DNA of 64,000 nucleotides from a virus. Location: IMG/VR virus record IMGVR_UViG_3300044630_002434, positions 32,001-96,000 of that record. The stretch is one strand, 5' to 3'. Each line of letters starts with the position of its first letter. The first letter of the stretch is position 1. Shown here piece by piece: positions 45,613-55,349 of the stretch. The position numbers and the translations under genes are program-made. Under the pieces are notes generated by a model. That model was not told where the DNA came from. It made no database searches and saw only the letters and a list, made by a program, of their open reading frames with translations.

Positions 45613-48252
45613 CTATCTGGCAAACCTAGTAGCAACTCCCCAGTCAATATCGTTATTACTTACCTGTCTAGGCTTCAAAGAACGACCCATAATTATTGCT
45701 TGAGAACCCTGACCTACAACTTCTACGTTGCGTTCTAGCATTTTACGCTGGAATGCAGTCTGAGTCATAGGCTTTTCACCGCGTTCTTCAGCCCAAATAC
45801 GATAAATAACATACAAAGACTTAATTGGAGTAGTAGCACCCTCATTCAAAATAGTCTCTTCTTCAAGGAACAATCCAATACGGTCTTCATTCTTTCGGTA
45901 GATTTCTGCTGCTTCAGAAACAACTGAACACCAACCAAGAGCATCGCGAGAACTCGAGCCAAGCATTTTAATCGCACCTTCAACAGCCCACGAAAGAACA
46001 GCAGGAAGAGCACCCTCAGGGTCAAAGATATATTCCTTTAAGTCTGGGTCAGGGTTCTCAGGTACAAATGTAAATGGAATTGGACGAATACGTCTCCACA
46101 TTGCATCATCGTTAATAATTGGACGATGATTTGTAGATATCCAAAGTTTTGCCTGACCCTTAAAAGTAAATGGACGTTCACCAGGGGAGCGAGCAGAAAT
46201 CTCTTCCGAGCCAGTTAGTTTTTTAACTGAGTTCTCTTTCAAGCGCTCAGAGTCTGGAAGTTCGTCAACCCACACGAGGCGACGACCACGAAGTTCAGCC
46301 CAGTGATATAGGTCAGAACCTGATGCGTTACCGTCACCACTAGCAAGAATGCTTGAGTCAAATGGCCAGGCATATTGTTGTGTGCCAAGACATTTTACAA
46401 GTGCTTCAACAAAAGTATTTTTACCTGAACCTGCAGGACCATATACAAGAAACATCAAGTCATACTTACTAAGACCAGTCAGCGAGTATCCTGCTGCTCT
46501 TTGTAGCCAGTCTTGGAATTCTTTATCTCCACCAGTTGCAAAGTTTAAGAACTCTTCCCAGCGTATGTTACGAGTCCCCGGAGAATAGGCGACAGGTGCT
46601 CTACGAGTTATATATAGGTCTGGTCTATTTTTTAGAAGTTCCCCAGAGCGTAAATCAACGACACCATTTAAGACTCCAAGCATATGAGGATTAGAGTCCC
46701 ACTGGTCTACTGCAACTCTAATACGACGGTCAGAGTTACCATTCTCAATTGCAGACTTTAATCTAGCGTTTGATTTAGAGTTTTGCGCCCATTTAATAAC
46801 GTCTGATTGTTTATCAGAATCACCGTCATAGTTTTTTACTTCACTAGCAATAACAGGAGCAAGACTTTTTGCAAGTTCTTGCATTTCTAGACCTTCAATG
46901 TCTGGTTTCCAGTATCCACCTTCCCAGTGGAACCAACCAAGACCTTCTGAATAACGAATTGCTTCACCAAATGTATCTACAAATCTACGACCATTTCCTG
47001 TATCGGAAAGAGTACGCATACCAATAATTCCACCATCTTCTTCACTAATGGCATCAGTATCTTTTGGAACATTTAAATTAGAAAGAGAAGATGCTTCAGC
47101 AACTGACTCACCGTTGTGGATACTTTCGGATATGGCACCAGCAAGAGTTCCCGGCAAAGATTCTGATTCTCCAGAAGAGTTTGATGTTGGTTTAGGATTA
47201 AATCTTGCTTGAGTTTCTTCGGTTGATTTTTTAGCCCAACCATTTTCTACATCACCAATACCCGGCCAAAGCATATTTGATTTAGGGTTATTGGCAATAA
47301 AATCAATAGCACGACGAACGTGCATAAGTAGACCGCCCTGACCCTCAAGGGCTAGAGGTGGTTTTACTTTTTCAGCATTAAACCGAATCATTAAAGTCTC
47401 AAGAGCCTCGCGACCATGAGGCTTGTCTACAGGATATTCATTAGCAAGAGAGCAGGTTAACTTGTAGATATCTACAGCGCGAGAACCTTCTTCAATTCCA
47501 TCTTCAAGAATTTTACGAATTTCTTCTTTGTTCTTGCCAAAATCAACATCATCAAATGTTGCACTCCAGTCCATAGCCCCAAGAGATGAACTTAAAGACT
47601 TTGAAGACGTAGAACGACGACCACGCTTGCGCAAAAAATTTAAAAGTTCTTCTGGAGCCTGAGCCATTTCAATTTCCCAAGGAGCCTTGCCTTCAACCCA
47701 CTCATAGTTTTGACCAGAGAAGTGACGAGATGGAGCAATAAGAACATACCCATTGTGTTTGATATCAATACCCTTGATACCAGCAGATTTTAAGTTTCCA
47801 ACTAAGTCTTCAGAAGCATCGCAACGATAAAAAATATGACGACCACGCATAGTTTTTCCGCCAAGCGTATATTCGCCAGTCAATGCTTCAACAGTTGGAG
47901 GTAGGTTACCCTCAACTAATTTTTCAAACTCTTCAAAAGAATCGTGACCACCTGAGCGAGGGTCAATATCAATTGCAAAAAATCCTGAAGGACGACAGAA
48001 TACACCAATGTTTGCTTCTGAGTCACGCTCCCACCAGCGTTGAATAACATTTACATCACTAGATGCTTCAGTATGCCATCCGCTAATTGCTGGATGCTTA
48101 CCTACATCTTTTGGCTCAGCGTGAGTTTGACTACAAGTACAACGACCGCCAACAATTCCATAGCAAGGAAGAACCTTCCATCCTTGAGAGGCATACCAAG
48201 AAGTTGCCTTACTAAATCTGCCATCGATGTTTGCTTCATCATGCCGAGACAT
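45613..48252 (-). CDS. bifunctional primase-polymerase / D5-like SF3 helicase
   Basis: GKHP, NIG, D.DPR.GG, G.H, APS.H; D.GN..RF; GPAGSGKNT, DE, KKLTG, STNH.P. Confidence 0.92.
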   Translation of the reverse strand: MSRHDEANIDGRFSKATSWYASQGWKVLPCYGIVGGRCTCSQTHAEPKDVGKHPAISGWHTEASSDVNVIQRWWERDSEANIGVFCRPSGFFAIDIDPRSGGHDSFEEFEKLVEGNLPPTVEALTGEYTLGGKTMRGRHIFYRCDASEDLVGNLKSAGIKGIDIKHNGYVLIAPSRHFSGQNYEWVEGKAPWEIEMAQAPEELLNFLRKRGRRSTSSKSLSSSLGAMDWSATFDDVDFGKNKEEIRKILEDGIEEGSRAVDIYKLTCSLANEYPVDKPHGREALETLMIRFNAEKVKPPLALEGQGGLLMHVRRAIDFIANNPKSNMLWPGIGDVENGWAKKSTEETQARFNPKPTSNSSGESESLPGTLAGAISESIHNGESVAEASSLSNLNVPKDTDAISEEDGGIIGMRTLSDTGNGRRFVDTFGEAIRYSEGLGWFHWEGGYWKPDIEGLEMQELAKSLAPVIASEVKNYDGDSDKQSDVIKWAQNSKSNARLKSAIENGNSDRRIRVAVDQWDSNPHMLGVLNGVVDLRSGELLKNRPDLYITRRAPVAYSPGTRNIRWEEFLNFATGGDKEFQDWLQRAAGYSLTGLSKYDLMFLVYGPAGSGKNTFVEALVKCLGTQQYAWPFDSSILASGDGNASGSDLYHWAELRGRRLVWVDELPDSERLKENSVKKLTGSEEISARSPGERPFTFKGQAKLWISTNHRPIINDDAMWRRIRPIPFTFVPENPDPDLKEYIFDPEGALPAVLSWAVEGAIKMLGSSSRDALGWCSVVSEAAEIYRKNEDRIGLFLEEETILNEGATTPIKSLYVIYRIWAEERGEKPMTQTAFQRKMLERNVEVVGQGSQAIIMGRSLKPRQVSNNDIDWGVATRFAR

Positions 48253-48456
48253 AAGTCACCTCGGAAAGTAAACTAGGCAGAAATCCCTGTGTCATTTAGT
48301 CGTTTTCTCCTTTCAAGGACGTTTGCGCGTCGTAAGAAGACTATACCTTAGTCCAAGCAAAAAGCAATAGAGCCACCTTAAAATAGTAAGGTTTATGCTA
48401 TAGTAGTCATACGCGCTGTGAGCGAGTCTACAGTATACACCTTGAAAGGTGACACC

Positions 48457-48780
48457 GTGTCATTATTCTCCCAGTTTGTGATGTTTGTTGGCGGGGCAGT
48501 AACCATCACAGGCGCTTTATATGCCATATATAAAATTGCTAAAAGATTAGAAGATGCCATTGGAACTGACGCAAAAGGCAGAACCCTTTCTGAACGCTTA
48601 GATAGAGTAGAGCATCAACTATGGGAGAACGGTGGCTCGTCCTTAGCAGACAGAGTAAATACTATTGAGATGCATAGCATAAAAACATCAACTGAGATAC
48701 AGTTTATAAAAGAACTTATTATAAGTAATTCAACTCCAGTTGTTGCTGTTAAAAAGCCTAGAACAAGAAAAACAGCATAG
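48457..48780 (+). CDS. membrane-anchored coiled-coil protein
   Basis: N-terminal TM; NGGSSLAD motif common in actinophage proteins. Confidence 0.7.
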   Translation: MSLFSQFVMFVGGAVTITGALYAIYKIAKRLEDAIGTDAKGRTLSERLDRVEHQLWENGGSSLADRVNTIEMHSIKTSTEIQFIKELIISNSTPVVAVKKPRTRKTA

Positions 48781-48911
48781 TTTTCTAACACTTTTATATA
48801 TATTATATAGTGTTCCGACACACCAGTAACACAAGTCACACAAATTGTAATTATTTCTGTTAAAGTTCTTATATGTCTAGTCACAAGACTTAACAACAAG
48901 AAGGACTGGTA

Positions 48912-49202
48912 ATGGGAAAACTAGCAGAAAAAGTTTCAGAACTTTCAGCACCTCAGTTTGGACTCCCTTGCGGGGTCTCAAAATTAATGACAGCACTTGA
49001 CGAAGACGATAAAAATACTTTACAACTTATTCTTTTTCCTAAAAGTGAAAAAGTTAAACGATTTTCTAATCGTCAAATTTATGAATTACTTTTATCTGAA
49101 AACCACGACGTAGCGCAGTCTTCTATTGCACTACATAGGCGTAAACAATGCCGATGCTTCACAGGAATAAATGCCCGTATAGAAGCATTAGGTGACAAAT
49201 AA
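48912..49202 (+). CDS. hypothetical protein (96 aa)
   Basis: C.V...HRR..C.C pattern; coupled to the phosphoesterase. Confidence 0.7.
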   Translation: MGKLAEKVSELSAPQFGLPCGVSKLMTALDEDDKNTLQLILFPKSEKVKRFSNRQIYELLLSENHDVAQSSIALHRRKQCRCFTGINARIEALGDK

Positions 49203-50410
49203 TGTCCGAAAGTTTTTCAAAAAAAGTATTAGAAGAGTTGTCATCACCTGGTCAAACAGGCTCTGATAAACGCAAGCAAGAGACTTCAGAAGCGTGGAAG
49301 CCACGTATGGATATTGACCATAAGACTGGTGGATTTGTTGTTAGTACACCCAGACCAGCAGGTAATACTGCTGATGCAGATGCAATTCTACGAGACTTTG
49401 ATTTAGACCCCTCAGCATGGCGCGTAACAAGCGTAAGACAGAGCAAGTGGCAGTCCGCCACTGGAGAATGGCTTGAGTCTTATCGTGTATCAGTGGTACC
49501 AGCAGACTTACTAGAAGAAGAATTAGAAGACGCTGAGCAACTTATTGAAGAAATTAAAAAATGGAAACCAGTAAAAGTAGCCAAAAAAGCAACTGGCAGT
49601 GGCGCATATGTTGTAGTACCAAGCGACCAGCAAATTGGTAAAAAAGCAAATGGTCAAGGTACTGCAGAATCAATCCAAAGAATTCTAGACCTAACAGATG
49701 GAGCACTTGTTAGATACAAGGAACTTTTAAAGTTAGGTCGTCCTTTAGGTACCGTTGCATTTTTGCTTGCAGGTGACCATGTTGAAGGAAATGTTTCTCA
49801 GAACGGTCGTTTACAAAGTCCTGCAGCGTCAGACCTTGGACAGACAGAGCAGACTCGTGTTGCCCGTCGTCTTTTAATGAAACAGATTAAGACTTTTGCG
49901 CCACACTGCGAAGAACTTATTATTGCCGTAGTAAATGGAAACCACGATGAAGTTACACGACAAGTTGTAGCAGACCCGTCAGATGGTTGGAACGTAGAAA
50001 TTGCATCTGCAGTTCAAGATGCTTGCGCAGAAAATCCAGCACTGTCTCACGTTAAGTTCCGTTACCCAGAAAAAGACCATCAAACTCTTACGGTAGATGT
50101 TTGCGGAACTCTTATTGGATTGTTTCACGGTCATCAGTGCGGTAAAGATGTAGTTAAGTATTTATCTGGTCAAGCAGCAGGACAGACTGCACTCGGTGGA
50201 GCAGATATGTGGGTGTCTGGACACTACCATCATTTCAAGGCTCTTGACGTTGGTTCGCGCCTGTGGTTACAGGCTCCTACAACTGACCCTGGTTCTCCTT
50301 GGTGGCGCGACCGTTCAGGTTTAGAGAGTAAGCCAGGCTTGTTGACATTCACAGTTGGTGAAGATTTAGACCCACGCGGAGATATCAGCGTGATTCAGAC
50401 AAAACTATAA
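49202..50410 (+). CDS. calcineurin-like metallophosphoesterase (Mre11-like)
   Basis: SD.Q, GD..E, GNHD, HGH, GHYHH. Confidence 0.85.
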   Translation: MSESFSKKVLEELSSPGQTGSDKRKQETSEAWKPRMDIDHKTGGFVVSTPRPAGNTADADAILRDFDLDPSAWRVTSVRQSKWQSATGEWLESYRVSVVPADLLEEELEDAEQLIEEIKKWKPVKVAKKATGSGAYVVVPSDQQIGKKANGQGTAESIQRILDLTDGALVRYKELLKLGRPLGTVAFLLAGDHVEGNVSQNGRLQSPAASDLGQTEQTRVARRLLMKQIKTFAPHCEELIIAVVNGNHDEVTRQVVADPSDGWNVEIASAVQDACAENPALSHVKFRYPEKDHQTLTVDVCGTLIGLFHGHQCGKDVVKYLSGQAAGQTALGGADMWVSGHYHHFKALDVGSRLWLQAPTTDPGSPWWRDRSGLESKPGLLTFTVGEDLDPRGDISVIQTKL

Positions 50411-50421
50411 ATAAAAATTAG

Positions 50422-50910
50422 TTAGGGCTTCTTTCGGGAAGCCCTTTCTTTTTTCTTATTTTCTCTATCTGCTTGATAAGCCTCTACAGCATTTGCGCTA
50501 GAACGTCCACGCCAAGCAAAACCACATTCGGTACAAGTAACTACTTTCGCACGAGTCCAGCGTCCACCAGGTGGAAGTTTTTCAATAGATGTCGACAACT
50601 TACTAGGACGGGCAGTGCAGTATGGACAGTTTGGCGGACGGTTACGCTTACGCTCTTCACCGTTGTAAGCGACAGAGAGCGCCCTACGAAGTTCAATTTC
50701 GTCTTTGCCTCCCCAGATACCCCAAATCTCTCTGTGCTCCAGTGCCCACTGTAGGCAGTCTTTCCGAGCAGGACAAGAGAAGCATAAATTTTTTGCTTCA
50801 TTTCTTTCCTCTGAGTCCTTTGAATGGAACCAAGTCATATACTTTTTATTCTCTGGCTTTGCGCATAGAGCATCGCGTTGCCAGTTAAGACTAATAGCAG
50901 GTTTCCACAT
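50422..50910 (-). CDS. whiB: WhiB-family Fe-S transcription factor with C-terminal zinc ribbon
   Basis: W...ALC...AK.LC..CP....CL..AL...GIWGG...ELR; extra CPYC...CTEC. Confidence 0.9.
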   Translation of the reverse strand: MWKPAISLNWQRDALCAKPENKKYMTWFHSKDSEERNEAKNLCFSCPARKDCLQWALEHREIWGIWGGKDEIELRRALSVAYNGEERKRNRPPNCPYCTARPSKLSTSIEKLPPGGRWTRAKVVTCTECGFAWRGRSSANAVEAYQADRENKKKERASRKKP

Positions 50911-50957
50911 AGAACACAATTATATTAAAATATATAGAAAAACAGCAGGCAGACACG

Positions 50958-51293
50958 CTAGAAATCTACTAAAGTTACCCTTTTTATCTCTTCTACTAAA
51001 TCCCCATATTCCGTGTAACCTTCTGAATCGCAAATACTAAACTCGGAGTCAGTGTCGGTAACTCCAGCATACGTATGTGTAACAGATGCTTTTGAAAGCA
51101 TATTAAAACCATCAAGTAGCGAGTCAGCAATTCCGTCTCTTTGAAGACAAGATGCTAAAGCCCTTAATACAACATCTTCATCTAAAGAAACATGGTCAAT
51201 AGTGTAAAAAACCATACTATTTGGGCGAAATTCGTCATACCCTAAGCCGTACCACTCTTCCCAGAGGGATTGACCAACTCTAGAATCCTTCAT
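50958..51293 (-). CDS. hypothetical protein
   Basis: Coupled ORF (MKDSRVG...). Confidence 0.65.
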   Translation of the reverse strand: MKDSRVGQSLWEEWYGLGYDEFRPNSMVFYTIDHVSLDEDVVLRALASCLQRDGIADSLLDGFNMLSKASVTHTYAGVTDTDSEFSICDSEGYTEYGDLVEEIKRVTLVDF

Positions 51294-51591
51294 CAAAAGC
51301 CTCGTCATCATCTCCAAGAGACATAACAAAATTGCTTTCTAATTCATCGTCTTCTAAAAAGTAAACTTCTTTAGGATTCATCATTTGAAATATTCCAGCA
51401 ACAGTAATTGAACCACACATACAGCAGGTCTCTACTGATTCAGTGTTTACTTTTTCGGGAACATCAACACTGATTAGTTTCATTAAAATTTGACCCTCTT
51501 CGTTCATGCTTTCTGGTTCCCAGAGGATGTGGTCATCTAAATAACATAGTTCACATAACGCCATTGGTCTAAGGGCTTGTTCTGCTGACAT
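51280..51591 (-). CDS. Cys-containing hypothetical protein
   Basis: SD AGGAGG; CELC, CCMC. Confidence 0.7.
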   Translation of the reverse strand: MSAEQALRPMALCELCYLDDHILWEPESMNEEGQILMKLISVDVPEKVNTESVETCCMCGSITVAGIFQMMNPKEVYFLEDDELESNFVMSLGDDDEAFDEGF

Positions 51592-51624
51592 CTCTAGGAC
51601 CTCCTGAGGACTATGTGAAACAGT

Positions 51625-51924
51625 CTACAGCACCTTAAAATTAGTTATAGTTCGTAAAGGTATTCTTTTTTGGCTTCTAATAGTTGCTAGTTCTTTAGGG
51701 GATAAACCGCCCCAAACACCAAAAGTTTCGTGATGAATGCCCCATTTAGCGCAGTCCTCTATGTGAGTGCAGTTAGAGCATAACCTTTTAGCCAAATGCA
51801 CATTAGTAAAATTTGTATCTATTTGTTCAGGGTCATCTTCGTCTGCAGAATAAAAAAGGTCTCCACCAACTTCTCTACAAATAGGATTTTCAAATTCCCA
51901 AGGTTCGCGAAGTTTTTTACTCAA
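51625..51924 (-). CDS. whiB: WhiB-family transcription factor
   Basis: C......LF...AK.LC..C....C...GVWGGL. Confidence 0.88.
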   Translation of the reverse strand: MSKKLREPWEFENPICREVGGDLFYSADEDDPEQIDTNFTNVHLAKRLCSNCTHIEDCAKWGIHHETFGVWGGLSPKELATIRSQKRIPLRTITNFKVL

Positions 51925-51952
51925 GACCGTCCCGTTTCTGCTTTTAAAAAAT

Positions 51953-52264
51953 TTACTTACTACTTTCTACACTACCAACTTCATAACCGCAACCTGCATA
52001 CCCAGCAATATCAATCCATGTGTCAGGTTGGAAACCAGACTTTGAAGCATAACGCGCTAACTTTAAACCGACCATCATCATAGCAACGTCTTCTGAAGAA
52101 ATTTCTGCTCCAACAATTACAGACCAAATTTTTGCAATGCGAGTAAAGTTTTCTTCTGGACCGCCATACTGTAAATCTCTATCTCCAGAAATAATTTTTG
52201 CTGCTTCACGTAGAGCCTCTACACGGGGAAGAACATTTTGCTCTTGAGGAACTTGCTCAGACAT
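51953..52264 (-). CDS. DUF6378-like protein
   Basis: L.EA...I.GDR...YG.P..NF..IA..W...DVA.MM..LK.AR...D.W.DIAGY. Confidence 0.8.
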   Translation of the reverse strand: MSEQVPQEQNVLPRVEALREAAKIISGDRDLQYGGPEENFTRIAKIWSVIVGAEISSEDVAMMMVGLKLARYASKSGFQPDTWIDIAGYAGCGYEVGSVESSK

Positions 52265-52472
52265 CTCTACCTCTTACTATTACGGTCGCTTCGTAGTCGT
52301 TATCAGCAGACATATCTACATTTTCAACTACACTAATTTCATAATTAAATTTTGATTTTACTTCATCTATATCTAATTGAAAAAAATCAGAAATTCTATG
52401 CTCGGCAACTTCCATAAGTTCGTCGTGACTATCAGCGTAAACAGTGAATTTAAGAGTTGTTACAATACTCAT
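52257..52472 (-). CDS. hypothetical protein (71 aa)
   Basis: Coupled ORF. Confidence 0.65.
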   Translation of the reverse strand: MSIVTTLKFTVYADSHDELMEVAEHRISDFFQLDIDEVKSKFNYEISVVENVDMSADNDYEATVIVRGRDV

Positions 52473-52900
52473 AGGACCGCAACTAGTTTTTCTAGTTTAT
52501 ATGGAGAGTAGTGAGAGCCATCTAATACTGGTTCTTTTCCGTCTGTAGTTTTTATAATTATGTCTCCATAACGAACGGCTACTACACGACCACGTCTGCC
52601 GTTATGGAGTTGACCTAGTTCTCCTTCAAATGCATCTGCCATGACACGGACTTCATCTCCCACTCTAATAAAACCGGGACGCGCTGCTTCCCAAACTTCA
52701 TCTGAAGGGGACTCAACAATAGAGACGCTACAAGAAAGAAGAGAAAATAGTTGAGCAACTACGTAGTCATTTTTATCTTCGTGATTTAATGTTGACCAAA
52801 CTTCTAGTAGTTTTACAACAGAAATTCCAACGTCAACAGGAACTTTTGCTTGCTCTAACTGGCTCTTAGCCCAATTAGTGTCTAGTTTTTTCATATACAT
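52469..52900 (-). CDS. hypothetical protein with C-terminal SH3/KOW-like barrel
   Basis: VGD.VRV...HNGR.G.VV.VR.GD. Confidence 0.7.
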   Translation of the reverse strand: MYMKKLDTNWAKSQLEQAKVPVDVGISVVKLLEVWSTLNHEDKNDYVVAQLFSLLSCSVSIVESPSDEVWEAARPGFIRVGDEVRVMADAFEGELGQLHNGRRGRVVAVRYGDIIIKTTDGKEPVLDGSHYSPYKLEKLVAVL

Positions 52901-52929
52901 ACCTCGCTAGTTGTTTTAATTTTAGTGTA

Positions 52930-53943
52930 TTAGTCGTTAAATATTGCTGACGAAACTCTCTCTAAAGTTTCTTCATAAGTATTAATTGCTTTTTTGTAGT
53001 CTTTTTCCTGACTTATAGCAAGTTGAACCCTCTGGGAGTCAGACATATCTTCAATAGCATGACCAAGAACAGACCAAGAGTCCCCAAGATAGGATGTGTA
53101 TCTCCAATCAGACACCACAGGGGTCTTAACGCACAAGGATTGAGCAAGATTTACTGACCACCAAGGCTCATCATTTTTATATACTGAAATAAGAGAACCA
53201 ATAGATTTGTTTAAATTAGATAAAACTGAAGAGTTACCTGCAGTTTTTGAGACAACCATAGGAGAGACTTCTCTAGATAAAGTTTTAGATATTTTAGATA
53301 CCCAGGGAGTCTTGGTGTCATAAGACCAGCCAGAAACGTCTGACTTCATATACAGACCAGTGCTATTAAGATTCTTAAAAGTAATAGAGTCTAGGCACAA
53401 TGGCTCTACTAAATCATCAGATAAATTAGATATGTGATTAGTGACATTAGAATTTTTAAACCAAGGAAAAGAAGGAACTATAGTAGAGTTCCAATTATTT
53501 TTATATAAATTATCTACTACAGATTGAAGCCTTTCTAGTTCTTTGTGCTTGCTTGCATTAGAGAACTCGCTTCTACGAGAATAAAAATTTTTTACTAAGT
53601 CATCTGGATTCTGAGAGATAGCCCTGATACCGTTCCACAACTTATGAGGCTCTGGAGCATCAACTAAATACTTTAGATTAGTTACAGACTTAGCCCTATC
53701 AATAACTGACAAAGCACCATATAAACGATATGCAGTAATACTTGTAGGGGCTGTAAGACCAACAACAACCGTGTCATATTGGCTTAAATGTGCTTCTGTA
53801 AGTCGCATTGATGGCGTGTCCCAAACAACTTCGTGACCTGCTTCTGTTAAAGATTGAACAAGTAGACCAGTAAATGTGGGAATTTTTTTAGCAACAGATG
53901 ACGAAGTTTGAGCAGAACTACATCCAGTGATGAGCACTTTCAT
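52930..53943 (-). CDS. putative GT-B-fold glycosyltransferase-like protein
   Basis: MKVLITG...L...GHEV, D.VVVG; WWS...Q.L...TP near the C-terminus; fold call is inference. Confidence 0.45.
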   Translation of the reverse strand: MKVLITGCSSAQTSSSVAKKIPTFTGLLVQSLTEAGHEVVWDTPSMRLTEAHLSQYDTVVVGLTAPTSITAYRLYGALSVIDRAKSVTNLKYLVDAPEPHKLWNGIRAISQNPDDLVKNFYSRRSEFSNASKHKELERLQSVVDNLYKNNWNSTIVPSFPWFKNSNVTNHISNLSDDLVEPLCLDSITFKNLNSTGLYMKSDVSGWSYDTKTPWVSKISKTLSREVSPMVVSKTAGNSSVLSNLNKSIGSLISVYKNDEPWWSVNLAQSLCVKTPVVSDWRYTSYLGDSWSVLGHAIEDMSDSQRVQLAISQEKDYKKAINTYEETLERVSSAIFND

Positions 53944-54032
53944 ATTTGTAACCTATCTCGTTTCTATAGTTTGTGGACTAATAAGAAAACCTTCCAACTT
54001 TCGCTGGAAGGCAATCTTACTAAGCCAAAGAC

Positions 54033-54563
54033 TTAGAACGGTGCTGACGGCGCAGCAGGTGCTGGCGCTGGAGCAGGTGCTGGCGCTGGAGCAGGTGCAG
54101 GAGCAGGTGATGCCTGAGCCTGTTCTGCAGCCCAAGGGTCTGTAGTAGGGGTTGCTGACTGAGCAGAGAAGTAACGCTTAATTTCGTTCTTCTTATTGCC
54201 TTGCCATACACGACTACCAACCTGTGCACGGAATGCACGACCGCGAAGAGCCTGTTCAATTTGAGCATTGCTTGGACCTTGGTCAAAGAAATCTTTGCCA
54301 ATACCAAGTGCTGACATCTTCGAGAAGAAAATACCAAGTGCGCTTGGGTTGTCTGTAGTTACAACTAGGTTGTCCCAAACAAGACGCTTGTTGTGTGGTC
54401 CACCCTGAACTTCAGCCTTAACTGAGAACATAGTTTTACCTGATTGAGTTTGCTTTGCAACGCCCTCAAGGACTACCAAGTCGTAATCACCGTCTGGTAG
54501 TGGTTCGTATGATGATGTTTCTCCAGCCTCTTTAATGAGGTCTGACCAGTTTAAGGTACTCAT
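54033..54563 (-). CDS. DUF669-like ssDNA-binding protein with Pro/Ala tail
   Basis: YEPLPDG.Y...SGK.M...V..G...R..WDN; PAPAPA...PF tail. Confidence 0.8.
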   Translation of the reverse strand: MSTLNWSDLIKEAGETSSYEPLPDGDYDLVVLEGVAKQTQSGKTMFSVKAEVQGGPHNKRLVWDNLVVTTDNPSALGIFFSKMSALGIGKDFFDQGPSNAQIEQALRGRAFRAQVGSRVWQGNKKNEIKRYFSAQSATPTTDPWAAEQAQASPAPAPAPAPAPAPAPAPAAPSAPF

Positions 54564-54566
54564 ACC

Positions 54567-55346
54567 TTATCCTTCTTTCTTTGTGGTTTTGGTAGCCGAT
54601 GCTACAGGTTGCTTCTCACCGAAAACAATGTCAAGCATACGTTCGATGGAAAGATTTTCTTGATGAACAGCAGAGCCAAGGCGACCTTGAACACGCTCTC
54701 CTGCTTCGTACTGATTATTACGTTCTACATACATCTTACGAACTTTGTATGGAGGACTTAACGGGTCAGGATTAGGGACTTCCTCGGTCGTGATTGCCCC
54801 GAGAATGTCGTAGAAGTATGGAGCCTGAATTGCTAACTGACCCTGCAAGTAAGGACGCATACGTCCATCTTGACCTGTACGAGCCATTGCAGTTAAGACT
54901 ACTGCTTCTAGTGGATTAGTTGCGTGCATAGTTAAATCACGAAGGTCGCGTAGAAGACCGCCCATGTGACGAAGTAATTCGCCCCATTGTTGCATCTTCA
55001 TTTGCTCGCTACCTGCAATACTATCTACACACTTAACTTGAAGTTCTGAGATTGAGTCAATAATCAAACTCTTGAACTGATGCTTACCGCTCTGAAGCCA
55101 CTGATATGCCTTGATTACATCTTGATAATCTCGAACTTGTACGACACATGTGTCCCAAGTTCCATCTGCTACTGGTGGCTCCTCTCGGAGTGGGTCCCAA
55201 TATTTAACGATGATAGGGAGGAATCTATGTCCACCCTCAACGTCAAGCATTAGGCGCGGATACGGCGCGGTGACCGCAAAAGTGGACTTTCCAACTTTTG
55301 ACTCACCGTAGACCATAACTGTTAGTGAACGCTGAATGTCACTCAT
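54567..55346 (-). CDS. AAA_24 / Sak4-like ATPase (ssDNA annealing)
   Basis: YGESKVGKST, LD.EGG, IIDSISE. Confidence 0.85.
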   Translation of the reverse strand: MSDIQRSLTVMVYGESKVGKSTFAVTAPYPRLMLDVEGGHRFLPIIVKYWDPLREEPPVADGTWDTCVVQVRDYQDVIKAYQWLQSGKHQFKSLIIDSISELQVKCVDSIAGSEQMKMQQWGELLRHMGGLLRDLRDLTMHATNPLEAVVLTAMARTGQDGRMRPYLQGQLAIQAPYFYDILGAITTEEVPNPDPLSPPYKVRKMYVERNNQYEAGERVQGRLGSAVHQENLSIERMLDIVFGEKQPVASATKTTKKEG

Positions 55347-55349
55347 AAG

